Shown here in pieces: positions 25,170-38,163 of a stretch of DNA of 64,000 nucleotides. The position numbers and the translations under genes are program-made. Location of the stretch: the NCBI RefSeq assembly GCF_001194135.2, contig NC_068989.1, forward strand, positions 69,724,014 to 69,788,013, read 5' to 3'. Under the pieces are notes generated by a model. The model was not told the origin of the DNA, searched no databases, and saw only the letters and a program-made list of their open reading frames with translations. Position 1 is the first letter of the stretch. Each line of letters opens with the position of its first letter. The stretch is from Octopus bimaculoides. Taxonomy: Eukaryota.

Positions 25170-25588
25170 CCCTTTTGTTACCTTGTTTCTGTTGAAATAC
25201 ATTACTTGTGTTTCAATTAATTTTGACAAAAAGAAAAGGAAGAGTTTAGTCAAATAACTTTGTCATTATTAATTAGGTGTTTGAAACTTAATCCTCTAAT
25301 ATTTAAACCAACCATATCCGACCCAAATATTCTTCTTTGGCCTTATTTGGCCTCTCTTACAATATCATTTAAAAAAAAAAAAACTATCACATTAAAATCT
25401 CAAAGCTTCAAGACGATGTATGATTACAATGTGAATAAATGGGCATTACATTTGACAGAATAATCTGAATGCTAAAGAGTTAAATTAGCATGAAATTTTG
25501 ATGGAAAGTTTTAATGCAGAAGACTGTGGTAAGTGATAAGTTTGTGTCATGGAACCAGAGCTAGTTTCAGATGGGTTGGTATCGAGAG
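25170..25588. mobile_element. MITE F with nested MITE E (25292-25479)
   Basis: F sequence resumes exactly after E; TTAA duplicated at 25288-25291 and 25480-25483. Confidence 0.88.
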
Positions 25589-26199
25589 TTAAGACTGACT
25601 GCAATGTTACACAACAAGAGTATCAACTGAATAGAGAAAATATAATGTATTATTGTCTGCCGATTTAATTTTAGATTCATCTTGTCATTGATACATAAAC
25701 GTTAATTTATGAAATATTAATAGTCTAATTGAACTAGTCATGTGGTCTTGGGTTGATAAATGTAAAGATAAACAAATGTATGATTTTTACCAAACTGCAA
25801 GTGCAAATTAATTCGCATTCTTCAGTTAATTAAAGGAAGTTTCAGATTGCATTTCAACATCATATCGCTTACTATTAGTCTGTGCTGGGCATCAACACAA
25901 CTAGGGATAAATGCAAATATTTAGTGACTCTTGCTCTGCAACTGTGCTTCCTTGCCATCACCAAGACCTACAAGAATACAGGATCAAAGATCTGACTGCT
26001 GCACTACACTTCATACAGTATATCATCCTTTTAAAGGTGAAATATTTGAAAAATATATATTCTTAGTAACCTGATGTATATGTATATAATTCATTCAGTA
26101 ATATTAAATTATGTTCATATTGAAAATATCAAGTAAGAACTGGTATAGGTATTAGAGAGAGAACAGAGAAAGGAAGTCAGAAGATTTGTAAATAATAGA

Positions 26200-26885
26200 T
26201 GCTGGTATGGTTGGATGTTTAAGTTCACTTCCCAACCATATAGATTTGGGTTCAGCCCCACTGTGTGGCACATTAGGTCGTTATCTTTGTCCTCTCTTAT
26301 GGTCCTGGCCAGTCAAAACCTTGGGAGTAGATTTGGTAGATGGAAAGTGAAAGTTTGTGTGTGTGTGTGTAATAGTATATATGCATACATACAAGGTATT
26401 CATAAATTATCTTTACAACTTCCACAATTTATTTTATCTATTAAAGTCAAGATTCATCAATCAACATCTTTGCAACCAATGGAGTCTATGTAGATGTGTT
26501 CTGATGTCTCTAATAAAACTTTTATTTGTTTACCAATAAACTCTACTGAGTTATTTTTGATTTTCATTTTTTTCCTGAATTTTTCAACTTGTAAAGATAA
26601 TTTATGAACACCCTGTATATATGTGTGTGTGTGTGTGTACTTGATAGTCCTTGTTTTGATATCACATGACAGTTGTAACCAACTATCACCAACATAGAAG
26701 CAGTGTCACTCATTTCCAATCTTCTGTGAAAATATGTCTGGCCTTGGTAAAATATTAAATTAGTTGAGAGCAGGTGAGGTTTAGCAAAAGGATGAGTGTC
26801 TGGCTATAAAAGATTAGTCTCAACAAATTCCATTGAAGTTCAGCAAATATGGAAAAGTGGATATTAAAACAATAGTGATGATACC
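26200..26885 (+). mobile_element. SINE B head (26200-26375) and tail D (26640-26885)
   Basis: Same modules as 4601-5046, separated by ~260 nt of other sequence; may be one interrupted copy or two copies. Confidence 0.65.
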
Positions 26886-28554
26886 GCCAACAGAATATGT
26901 AATCAACATACACCATATCAACTCTGTATTACATTATGCAACAAAAACAGTAAATATAATATTTGATGTATAATTTTGATTAATATTCTAAGTATTATCA
27001 AGAATAAGATCTTTCCTGGACTCTTACATTAACTATGTTTTATAAAATGAATTAAAGTTGTAAAAGAATATTTTGATAAAAATCTCTTCAATTTGATGTC
27101 TCAAACTGAAATCAGACAAAGCAATTAAACTCTTTGCCAGTTTCCATTTGCTTATTGCCATTTTCTTAAAAAAAAACCCCCAAAAAAACAACATTAGACA
27201 ACCGTTAATTTTGAATATTAAGTAGCAAAACTGTCACTGAAGTTTGTATTAATAAAAGTTCAATCTTTGACACTATTTAACTTTGACGATGAAATGAGCA
27301 GCCATCTGAAAGTTTAGTTTTAATTCAGAATTGTCTTTCTTTTCTTTTTCCTTCTACTTGTAAACATATTTTAATCTAGGAGATATTGTTTACAGTCTAA
27401 GCAGAAAAGTAAATAGTTGCCTGTACACACAAACACCTTTCCATACAGATCTATATAACATTATTTATATATATATATATATATATATACATACAATTTA
27501 TTTTTATCATCTGTGTTTAGCATTTGACAACATATAGAAGTAGTGTTGTTATAAGTTGTACATTTTAAAAATTGAATTAGAATTTATATTGTCAACAATT
27601 TAACACAGAAAATATCCCTTTAGCAAAGCTTGTAAAATTAAATGTTTTGTTTGTACATCAAATCTTGCTTTTAAGATTGTAATAGAAGTGTGTCATATTC
27701 ATACTTGTCTCTAGAGTATTAATGATGTAAAAGAATGAGTTGGTGTAATATAGTATGAATTTGTTGATCATTGTTTATAAAACAATAATATTTTCAAAAT
27801 CCCATTAATGCCATGATGTAAGCTTGTTGTCTATTGAATAATGCATGCATGTTGAGTGATACATTAAATATTGCATCATGTTTGATTCAACAATTTTTTT
27901 TTTCTAAAATGTTCATCTTTATTAAATATATATTAGAATATCATTAAAGAGGGAAACTGATTGATTTGTAATTTATTTTAAAAAGTAGTTCTAATGTTAG
28001 GACTGTGCTAGTTTAAAATAACTGGGAATTTAATAATACTGTATTGTATTAAGAACAATGGAATATCAACAACATCATCTATTTCTTTTTTTTCCCCTTG
28101 TTGAATATGCAAATAAAATTTGGTAGACCATTAATTTAAATATAACTTTTTCTCCCCTCCCCCCACCATTTTATATGAATTATGAGAGCAAGTTCTATGG
28201 CTGAATTCTCTTGATCTATATAATATGAGTTTCTCCATCCATTATTCTGATTAAATTGTAGAAATGTATTCCTTTTTAGATGATTATTTTACTCACGCAA
28301 GTTATACCAGTACATATTTCCACGAAACCTTTTAAACATAAATTGTGTCTCTATTTCTGGGTTTCACAAATGGAAAAAAAAAAAAAAATTGTCATGTAGA
28401 TTATTGGTTGTTTTCTGTGGTTATTATTGTGAATGTCAGTATAACCTAGTTATTTGGAGTATATGAGGTTTATAATTAAAGACAGATTGCTATTCAGGAA
28501 CTTTGGAAAGAGGTACAAAGAGGCATCTATAATAACTATCAGTATTGTCATTTT

Positions 28555-28915
28555 ATCACCATTGTTTTAAAGTTCACTTTTCCATCCTTTCATGGTTTGG
28601 ATGATTTTTATTGTGGTAGATTTTCTTTATCCAGATTCTCTCCTTTTCACCAACCCTCACTTGCTTGCAAACAAAATAATATTTCCTCATGACCAGACAT
28701 GTTTCCACAGAATATTTTGGCAATGGAAGACACTGCTTGCATGACAGTTACATTCATTTACAACTGTTACGTGGTGTTGAGACAAGAAACACACACACAC
28801 ATGCAATAGGTTTATTTTAGTTTCCATCTACTAAATCTACTCATTGGTCAGTATGGGGCTATAGATGAGATGCTACTCAACAGGACTGAACTCAAAACCA
28901 TATGCCTATGCCTGT
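28555..28915 (-). mobile_element. SINE B head + tail D
   Basis: Reverse complement of the 4601-5046 type. Confidence 0.8.
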
Positions 28916-30216
28916 GATAAAACATAATGAAAAATTATTCGTTAAAAATACCATTTCTCAAATTAAAAAAATTGACCATTAGAATTTAACTTCTCTTAAA
29001 GTGATAATTAATCCAGAAGATGCTAAAGAATATTTTCAGACAAAGGAAACAAAACTAATCCTGAACATACCTGACTGTTACTGATCTTTGTAAACACTTT
29101 ACCATAAGGTGACACTGGTAGAGCAGTTGATGTGAAGATTATGAATAATTTTCTGTTCCATCTGTGTTGAATTTCTTTCTTTGGAAAATTACTAGCAAAG
29201 TGGAGGCTAATTATCTGCTATTCATTTTCAGTCTTTCAAGTTTTCAATATCTGATCATTATTATGCGTATATTCCCTGTTAGGCTGTTCATAAAACTCAA
29301 TAACAAATAGAAAATCAAATAAATGTTGAAATTGTGAATTAGGTTTGGTGAGAATCATTAAAAAAAAAAACAATCAATAATTAAACTGTATTTGATAGTT
29401 TGCAATTTAACCTACAGATTCTGTCACAAAATTTAGTTACAAATAAATAAGGCAGCTAATTATTTCATTTCCTAAGTAAATTATTGAAAATTATAATAAT
29501 AATTAATATTTTTCATATTTCTTACTGATATTTATTCAATTAACGGGTAGTTTGCAGTGTCGAATTTTAATAAATAAATTTATTTGGAAATTCTTTATAA
29601 TTTAAAACAATATAATTGTCTATTGGTAAATAACAGTAATGTTGATAACAATTATTTAATGTTCGTTATCTAGTATATGTATGTATGCCTGTGCATGTGT
29701 ATTACATTGGTTATTTGCCTCTTAGAGTATCATAGAGTTCTTGATGAATTTCACAACTATATGTTATAGCATGTAAATAGTTATATGCTATTATTTATAG
29801 TTGTATGTACTTTGAGATCCATTGTTTCAAAACAGAATTATTCCATGTTCTCTCATTAGTTTATATATTCGTATGATGTTAGTGACACACACACACACAC
29901 ATACACATTTGTGTGTGTGTGTGTGTGTGTATGTTCATAAATGTGTGTGGGCATAAAATCAAGTAGTCTGAAGCTGAATGGACCCTTGTCAGTGTTGTAT
30001 GCCATCAGAGATTAGTTGTGGTAGTATTCAGTTGGTTTGTGTAAAGCTGTTATTAACTTTGAGAATGCTAGGTAGCACTCAGTCAGACAAATGAACTTAT
30101 TATAGGGTGTTAGTCCATATGGATTTCTATAGCGCTATTCAAGCTAATAAGCTAACCTGTCATTTTGCCAACCTTATTGTATTTACATTTAATTTGCTTT
30201 CCTTTCTCTTTACATT

Positions 30217-30254
<38 letters not shown>

Positions 30255-30596
30255 ACATATATATGTTTACATGTATATATATATTTTTTATTTTTTAAGA
30301 ATTTAAACTTAGAGGATCTATTGTCAATAAGCATTATTAAAGACTAGGAATTTAGCATTGGCAGCATGAAGGAATGGTAGTGTTTATTGTAATAGTAATA
30401 ATTAATACTGGTACTCTGGTTTTGTTCTTGTTTTACTTTGATTGTACCATTGTGTTTCCGGAAGGAAGTGGCTTTTCTTTTTACCCCTCTAGTGTATGTA
30501 GGATGTTTCTGTTTTCTGTTTTCTATCGGCTTTCTATTTGGAATGCTTATCTTCCACACTAGTATGTTTTTATGTTACATTATCTTTTAGTCTTTA

Positions 30597-31199
30597 ACTC
30601 CATTTGTTGTTATATTCTTGTTAAATTACATTGCTTTTGTTTCAGTCAATTTTTAAAACACTAAACATTTTATTAGAATAAACTTTATCATTAAGCTGGT
30701 ATTAGGAACATAGATTAACATGAAATTGTAAAGGAAGGTTGTAATTTAGATCAAATTTTGTTTTCATATTTCTGCTAAAATACACTGTATTTGCTTAAAT
30801 TAATATTGAAAATTATGCTGTAAAATAAATGTCGTTATTAACCTGGTGTTTGGAACATAAATTAACATGAAACTTTTATGGTAGGTTTTAGTTTAAATCA
30901 TTTTAACCCATTAACATTTAAACAGGCCATATCCAGTCAAAATACTTTACCTGTTTTCTGTTCAAACCAGCCTAATTTGGCCTCTCACATCTGCTCTATA
31001 ACATCATTAAAAGAAAAAAAAAAAAAAAGAAATTACGTCATCAAAATTTCAAAGTTATGAAATAATGCATGATCAATTCAAAGTAATGCAAATAGATAAG
31101 CATTACATTTGAAAGAGTAATCTGAAAGCTAAAAGGTTAAAACAGGAACTTTGTATCATAGAATCAAAGGTGGTCTCGAGCAGATTGGCACCAAAAATG
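30597..31199. mobile_element. Nested MITE stack: F (partial), F, and E (30907-31136) inside the second F
   Basis: TTAA duplicated at 30903-30906 and 31137-31140; F resumes AACAGGAACTTTGTATCATAG. Confidence 0.85.
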
Positions 31200-32398
31200 T
31201 TAAATCAAAATTGTTTAATAGACTAGAGTGAGTTGTTTACAAATGTAATGCTGTAAGATAAATAATTATAAATTATGTTCAAATATATTCTGCTACCTCC
31301 ATTTATATGTCTTTATTATTAAACTTATAGATTTAAAATTTTTAATCATCAATATAATTACATTCACACTATATTTCAAATCATCATAACATTTGTGTGT
31401 TAATCATTAAAACAAATATATTTGTTTTTCCATATATATATATATATATATATATTTTCAAATATATTTATTTTCTCTCATTCGTGGTCCTAGTTTTTAC
31501 ATCTGTAAAAGAAAAATTATGTTCAATATTTCAATCTTTTAAAAACTAGTTTGGTCATTCTTTTATTGGTTTCAGCCATAGGCCATGACCATGCTGGAAA
31601 TATTGGAAATCACCCTAATAATACCTATCCCCCACCCCCAAGGTAACTCCTGGCTAAATTTAAACTCATTGGTAAACTACTATGACTTATCTAATGCTGC
31701 TGATGCAGTAATTAGCTTTATCTTATTTTCTCTTCCTGCTTTACAGCTAGGTGAGAGGATAAGGGTTGTCTTGGTCCCCCTACATAATGTAGCCTAATTT
31801 TAACACAGTCCAATACCTTATCAAGTGAGCTAATGATAATTCTTAAAATATGATGCGAAGAATACATGTTACATAATGTAAATGTTGTCTTTGTTAAAAA
31901 ATATGTTTAAACTATTTTTAGCTAAACACGTGTGTGCACACATATATACACCTACCTATTTACTGTCTACCTGTTGTTAAAATAATTACAAATAAGAAAA
32001 GTCATTTCCAATGTTAGACTTATTTGTTTACATATAAAGAAAAACAAACATAAAAACTTTAAAAAAATTAGTATATAATTAACATCAATGTTTTAGTTGT
32101 AGCATCATGCCTTTTATTAATTGTTTTCAATTACAAATATCTATTTAGATTTACTTTATGTTTATCTAATTTTCTAATTTATAAAATATTAGTCATTTAG
32201 ATAAACAATATTATGCCACTTTTAATATAGAAAACTATATTTGGAATGTCTTCTAGACATTCACATGTTGGTCTTGATACTGGCTCATAGTCATCTCATT
32301 TTACCCTATCATTAGTATTCTTGTGAAAGAAATGAATGCCACAGCCTCTCATTCACCTTTTACTGTGTTATAGTATATATTATTTAAATATTAAAATG

Positions 32399-32614
32399 CA
32401 GCAAGCTGGCAGAAACGTTAGCGCATTGGATGAAATACTTAGCAGTATTTTGCTCGCCGCTATGTTCTGAGTTCAAATTCCACCGAGGTCGACTTTGCCT
32501 TTCATTCTTTTGGGGTTAAGAAATTAAGTATCAGTTGAGTACTGGGGTTGATGTAATCGACTGGCTCCCCCCCCCCCAAAAAAAAATTTCAGTTCTTGTG
32601 CCTATAATAGAAAG
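32399..32614 (+). mobile_element. SINE family A with target-site duplication
   Basis: A-box TGGCAGAAACG, B-box GAGTTCAAATTCC; 21-bp direct repeat TATTATTTAAATATTAAAATG at 32378-32398 and 32615-32635. Confidence 0.92.
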
Positions 32615-33529
32615 TATTATTTAAATATTAAAATGTTGTCACCAAGGTACTTTAATTGTAAAGCAAATCATTTACCATTTGCTTTAAAATATTTAACAAA
32701 TGGCCTTAAAGGAAAATAATTCAACCATTATTTTCAGCATTTAAAATAACTTAAACAATCCATGTGAACAAAGACTTGAGAAAAGACTACATTTTCTTGG
32801 AAATGAAACATAATTTCAGTTCAGGTTCAAGTAAATTAATTAAAAAAGAAAAGAATCAAAAACAACCCAAACAATTGTAATGAAATAATTTTTCAGCTCA
32901 ATTCTCTGTTATTCCCCTCCCTCCTCTGTAACTAAGCAATTGTTGAGGAATATCTGAAGATCTCTAAACTATTTTTTCACTCATGATCTCTCTCTCTCTC
33001 CCCTCTCCCTCTCCCCCTTTCTCCCCCTCCCCCTCTCTCTAAATAGATAAATAAATAAATACATAAAAAGATATACTATTGCTAAAATTCTAAGTGGATG
33101 TTGCAAAATTGCAGTTGTTGACATTTTAGTAAAACTGCTTCATGCGGATAACTATAATAAAATTTTTGAATACTCTAGCTAAATAGATATATGTGCATGT
33201 ATTTGTGTGTTTTAGAAACATTTGCTTCCAGCAACATGGAATGTAAGTTTAGATTTATGAAGTGGAACATATGTCATTGTTTTAATATTTTTCTGTCAGT
33301 GTTTTAAAAGCAAAGGATGCAAAAATCAAATTTGCTCAACTTTTTATTAATAGCAATTTACAATTATTTCCACAACACTTTCAGATAAATTCTTGTAGAT
33401 AGATTGTGTGTAATGCCATATATCTCAGCTACTGAGATCATAAAAGTATCTAGCTTGCAGCCAGGATGGTAACACTTCACCCATCTTCTTGGGCTCACGG
33501 GCAAAGAACAAGAGCCTAAAATGTTAGAA

Positions 33530-33633
33530 CGCTTGGGCATGGCTGTGTGGTGCTTTGGGCAATTGGTTTCTACTATAAACAGAGGCAAACCAAAACCTTG
33601 TGAATTTGTTAAATAGAAATTAAAAGAAACCCA

Positions 33634-33666
<33 letters not shown>
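33530..33666 (+). mobile_element. SINE B head running into (TA)n and a gap
   Basis: GGGCATGGCTGTGTGG...CCAAAACCTTGTGAATTTG. Confidence 0.7.
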
Positions 33667-34626
33667 NNNNNNNNNNNNNNNNNNNNNNNNNNNNNNNNNN
33701 NNNNNNNNNNNNNNNNNNNNNNNNNNNNNNNNNNNNNNNNNNNNNNNNNNNNNNNNNNNNNNNNNNNNNNNNNNNNNNNNNNNNNNNNNNNNNNNNNNNN
33801 NNNNNNNNNNNNNNNNNNNNNNNNNNNNNNNNNNNNNNNNNNNNNNNNNNNNNNNNNNNNNNNNNNNNNNNNNNNNNNNNNNNNNNNNNNNNNNNNNNNN
33901 NNNNNNNNNNNNNNNNNNNNNNNNNNNNNNNNNNNNNNNNNNNNNNNNNNNNNNNNNNNNNNNNNNNNNNNNNNNNNNNNNNNNNNNNNNNNNNNNNNNN
34001 NNNNNNNNNNNNNNNNNNNNNNNNNNNNNNNNNNNNNNNNNNNNNNNNNNNNNNNNNNNNNNNNNNNNNNNNNNNNNNNNNNNNNNNNNNNNNNNNNNNN
34101 NNNNNNNNNNNNNNNNNNNNNNNNNNNNNNNNNNNNNNNNNNNNNNNNNNNNNNNNNNNNNNNNNNNNNNNNNNNNNNNNNNNNNNNNNNNNNNNNNNNN
34201 NNNNNNNNNNNNNNNNNNNNNNNNNNNNNNNNNNNNNNNNNNNNNNNNNNNNNNNNNNNNNNNNNNNNNNNNNNNNNNNNNNNNNNNNNNNNNNNNNNNN
34301 NNNNNNNNNNNNNNNNNNNNNNNNNNNNNNNNNNNNNNNNNNNNNNNNNNNNNNNNNNNNNNNNNNNNNNNNNNNNNNNNNNNNNNNNNNNNNNNNNNNN
34401 NNNNNNNNNNNNNNNNNNNNNNNNNNNNNCATTATATATCCGTGAAAGAGGCTAGCTTTATCCAGATGCATCTCGGTAACATGTGCTTTTACAGAATAAT
34501 ATTCAGCACTGAATATATTCTAATTATTTATAATATAATATAGGATAAAATCTTTATAAGAATTTCTCAAGTAGTCAGCGTGAAAAAACACCATAAGGAA
34601 AAAAAACCATCGTTTTTTTCCCATAA

Positions 34627-34844
34627 ATATATATAATTTATATAAGGGCATTAACTATATAGTAATGCCTCATGCTTAGAGGGACTAAATAAGTCAAAAA
34701 CTACCAAAAAATAAGCACATATTTACCGAAAGTTGCATTTCCCTCGCTTTGGGTAAATATGTGCTTATTTTTTGGTAGTTTTTGACTTATTTAGTCCCTC
34801 TAAGCGTGAGGCATTACTATATAGTTAATGCCCTTATATAAATT

Positions 34845-34852
<8 letters not shown>
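34627..34852. repeat. Near-perfect inverted repeat: 106-nt arms, 14-nt spacer
   Basis: 34627-34732 versus the reverse complement of 34747-34852 matches at 103/106; differences at 34751, 34806 and 34845. Confidence 0.95.
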
Positions 34853-34877
<25 letters not shown>

Positions 34878-35099
34878 TACACAGGGGATGGTGGTGCTGA
34901 AGAAGTATTAGCTTCGGGTAAACAAAAATACAGGAAGTTCAGTTAATTATGATTTTATTCAACATATTCCCCTCTCAGATTCCTACACTTATTGCAGTGG
35001 TCCTACAGTTTTTCTAAGCCCTGTAAAAGAACTCGGAAGGTTGGGCCTCTAACCAGGTGTTGTGCCCTTAAACCCCAGAACTTTTCAGCACTCCCTTGT

Positions 35100-35358
35100 A
35101 TTCGTGCTTGTGTGTGTATGTTTATGTCCCCTTGTCTTGGTGTCATGTGTTAGTTGTAAGCAAATCTCAGTTTCTGAAGCTGTGGTGTTCATTTCCAGTC
35201 ATCCAAGAAAATATGTCTGGCCATGAGGAAGTATTGCCTTAGTTGGAGACAGGCAAGGGTTGGTGACAGGAAGCACATCCAGCTTCAGAAAAATCACCTG
35301 AATGAATTCCATCTGACCTATGCAATAATGGAAAAGTGGGCTTTAAAATGATGATGAC
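35100..35358 (+). mobile_element. SINE tail D
   Basis: ...GGGTTGGTGACAGGAAG...GGAAAAGTGGGCTTTAAAATGATGATG. Confidence 0.8.
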
Positions 35359-35424
35359 ATAAAAAAAAATTGTCTGATAATATTTTTTACAATAATCTGC
35401 TTTATCTTTCGGCTCACTTTAATT

Positions 35425-35765
35425 TTATATTGACCCCAGTGCTCAACTGGTATTTATTTTATCAGCCTTAAAAAGATGGAAGACAAATTCAATATCAGTG
35501 AAATTTGAACTCAGAATGTTTAGATAGATGAAATGGCTCAGTATTGATTAATATTAGAATAGTATTTAATGAGCAGAATCATTACCACACCAGGTAAAAT
35601 GCTTAGTGACATTTGTGTTCTGAGTTAAAATTTAGCCAAGGTCAGCTTTGCTTTCCATCCTTTCAGGGTTGATAAAATAAATACCAACTGAACACTGAGG
35701 TTGATGTAATCAATTTACCCCCTATCCTGAGCTTGGCCTTGTGCCAAGATTTGAAACCAATATTA
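35425..35765. mobile_element. Head-to-head pair of SINE A copies
   Basis: Reverse copy 35425-35540; forward copy 35570-35765 with tail variant GGCCTTGTGCCAAGATTTGAAACCAATATT. Confidence 0.8.
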
Positions 35766-36554
35766 GAACTAACATTTTGATTTATCTATTCATCCTGTAT
35801 GTCCTGATTCTATCTACTCTTCATTTTGAACTATATATAAATCATCTTTCCATGATAACATAGAAACAGAATCAAATTAACATAAATATTCTATATATTT
35901 GTAAGCAATGAACCTAGGAGTAAGCTCTTTGGTCAGCCATTTAGGGGATTTATGCTGAAGTAAGATGAAGTATAAGGTGGCTGAAGTAAGTTTGGAATTC
36001 CTCTCTATATGGTCAGTGTGCCAGTGTCTTGACCTCTTAGTGATTATACTTCAGCACACATATATTGGTTTGCATGTGCACACACAGATTCACATGTGGA
36101 ATAATCCATCAAAATGACAAGGAAAAGGAAGAAGTCATATTACCATAAAATGCAAAAAGGTTATTATTTTTCTTTAATGTAAGAGAGTCTGTTGTGTGAA
36201 CATTTTGTACATACAAATATGTCAAAAATGTGAAAAATATCTTTTCCGATTTAACACAGGAGACTGCTACAAATATCTGCAACCAGTGTTTGTGACCCTG
36301 TAGACTTAATGATGATAGTGCTGTTATCTATTTTTCACCATTTAAGAAACAATAGTGATTTGACAGAAGTAGGATGTTCTGTTTTTTATTTATTAAAAAT
36401 TTTTTTTTTAGATAATTTATCCCTATACATCTCTTTTGTAATTCTAATTCTCTGATATGACTTACCCTTCAACCTATCATTTCTTCTCTTCCAGCCTCTA
36501 GGTCTGTTACTTGTTACATGCATCAACTTATATATCTTCAATGAAATACACATG

Positions 36555-36850
36555 TACATCATCATTATGTCTGTTTTCTTATGTTAGCATGGATCAGATG
36601 AGTCTTCACCAGCCCAGTGTCTCACCATTTATTGTAGGTCCCTTTGTAATTTCCTTTGTAAGATTCATACTCCTGAGATTAGTCTTCACTCCTTTCCATG
36701 TCTTCCTTGGTCTATCTTTTGTCTGGATACCTTCCATTTACATCACTTGGTACTTCTCAACTCTTCTCTGCTGTCATCTTTCATATCCATACCAGTTCTG
36801 GTTGCTTAGTCTTCTCTCTTGTACATTACATCTGATTTCTCTTATAATTA
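36555..36850 (-). mobile_element. RTE-clade LINE 3' end (ORF C-terminus and tail), decayed
   Basis: Translates REIRCNVQERRL...WYGYER*...MEGIQTKDRPRKTWKGVKTNLRSMNL, matching the RRLRW.GHV.R...GRP.KTW signature of RTE ORF ends; finishes CATCTGATCCATGCTAACAT...AATGATGATG. Confidence 0.8.
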
Positions 36851-37538
36851 ATTCAAAGTTTTATAATTTTGAGGTTCCATCTCGCTTGCTTTCATCCAGC
36901 TAATGAAATTAAGCAGGTCAAAATTTTAAGTCACTGCCAACCTTTTTCTCTTGAGGAAATTAATGAATATGCACTGTACTAAAAGATTTTTAGTAAGCCT
37001 TTACTTTAATGTTAAACTATTTTTATATATAACTTTACATAAAAGCAAACATTAACACACACACACAGACACACACACACACACAGACACACACACACAC
37101 ACACACACACGTTGTACATACAAATACATTATGCATAAGTTATATTCAATCATACATACACAACCACGATCTGATCTAAGACATAACTCAGAAATTTATT
37201 TGGGACACAGGGTTTCTGAACTTTTAACCACTAAGTCACTGGGTAAGCATAATTTGTTTGTTGGAAATAATGGTCTTTAAGTTCAGCATCATCTCAGTGT
37301 AATGTGTGTGTGTGTGTGTGTGTTCATAAAACGTTTCCACTGCATTGAAGAGATAAGCACAAAATCCACAGTTAATACTCAAGTAAATCTTCCTTCTCAT
37401 TAGTTGATTACTTTATTGAACTTCCTTGTATCAATTTGCAGTAGTATTATTGTTTGTTTCTCTCTGGCAGTTTACTAAGCTTTCTTCAGAAGACAGTAAC
37501 TAACAAACTAGATTAAAAATAAATTGGTTATTGTTTAA

Positions 37539-37729
37539 CCCTTTTAACACCAGCTCAACTGAGACCATGACTGCTTCTCTGGTATAACTTAGTGTTTTAA
37601 AGTGAACTCAGTCAAAACCTTGCATCAAAATTTCCTGGTCTTTTAAGTTTTAAACACCAGCTTGATAATGACAAGATTATGTCAATAAGTTCTTCAGTAT
37701 TTTTCAAGAGAAATATGGCAACAAAGTGG
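37539..37729. mobile_element. MITE F with internal deletion
   Basis: TTAA at 37535-37538 and 37730-37733. Confidence 0.85.
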
Positions 37730-38163
37730 TTAACATTTCCAAGTCATTTCTGATAAAGTAGATCTATTATGAAAGATATTCCAGTCTTTTTAGGACTGCT
37801 TTATTTACCATCTTTCCTTTTTTAAGACAGTGTGGTGTGTGTGATGTGAGGCAGATTTAGCCAGTTTAAGAAAGTTGAGCAACCACATTAAGTTTATCCT
37901 ATCTTGATTGGTTTTTTTTCTTCTCCAATTCTCTACAGTCTAGTTGAAAAGGCTGCCTGGAAGAGATGTAAAAATTTGGGGAATGTTGCTTACAGTAGCC
38001 TATGCTGCCACTTTTTGTTGCTCTGTAGACTTACTGGTGGCAAGGCTATTATCCATTTGCTCCATTGAAGGCTCTCTATGTTAAAGAAAATAAATACACT
38101 TTTATATTTTGTTTTTGAATTTCATTTGTAAGAGTTCAACTCATGTGTTGTAATAGACTTTGT

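Noticed and set aside
27380-27408. GDIVYSL resembling the cadherin NGEIVYS motif
   Set aside because: Seven residues only; no DRE or DxNDNxP motifs and no large protocadherin exon in the window.
34660-34710. Hammerhead-like arrangement CTTAGAG-GACT(AAATA)AGTC-AAAA in the hairpin arm
   Set aside because: A stem-II-like hairpin is present, but the CUGANGA and GAAA cores are both broken and stems I and III cannot be formed in cis; not callable as a ribozyme.
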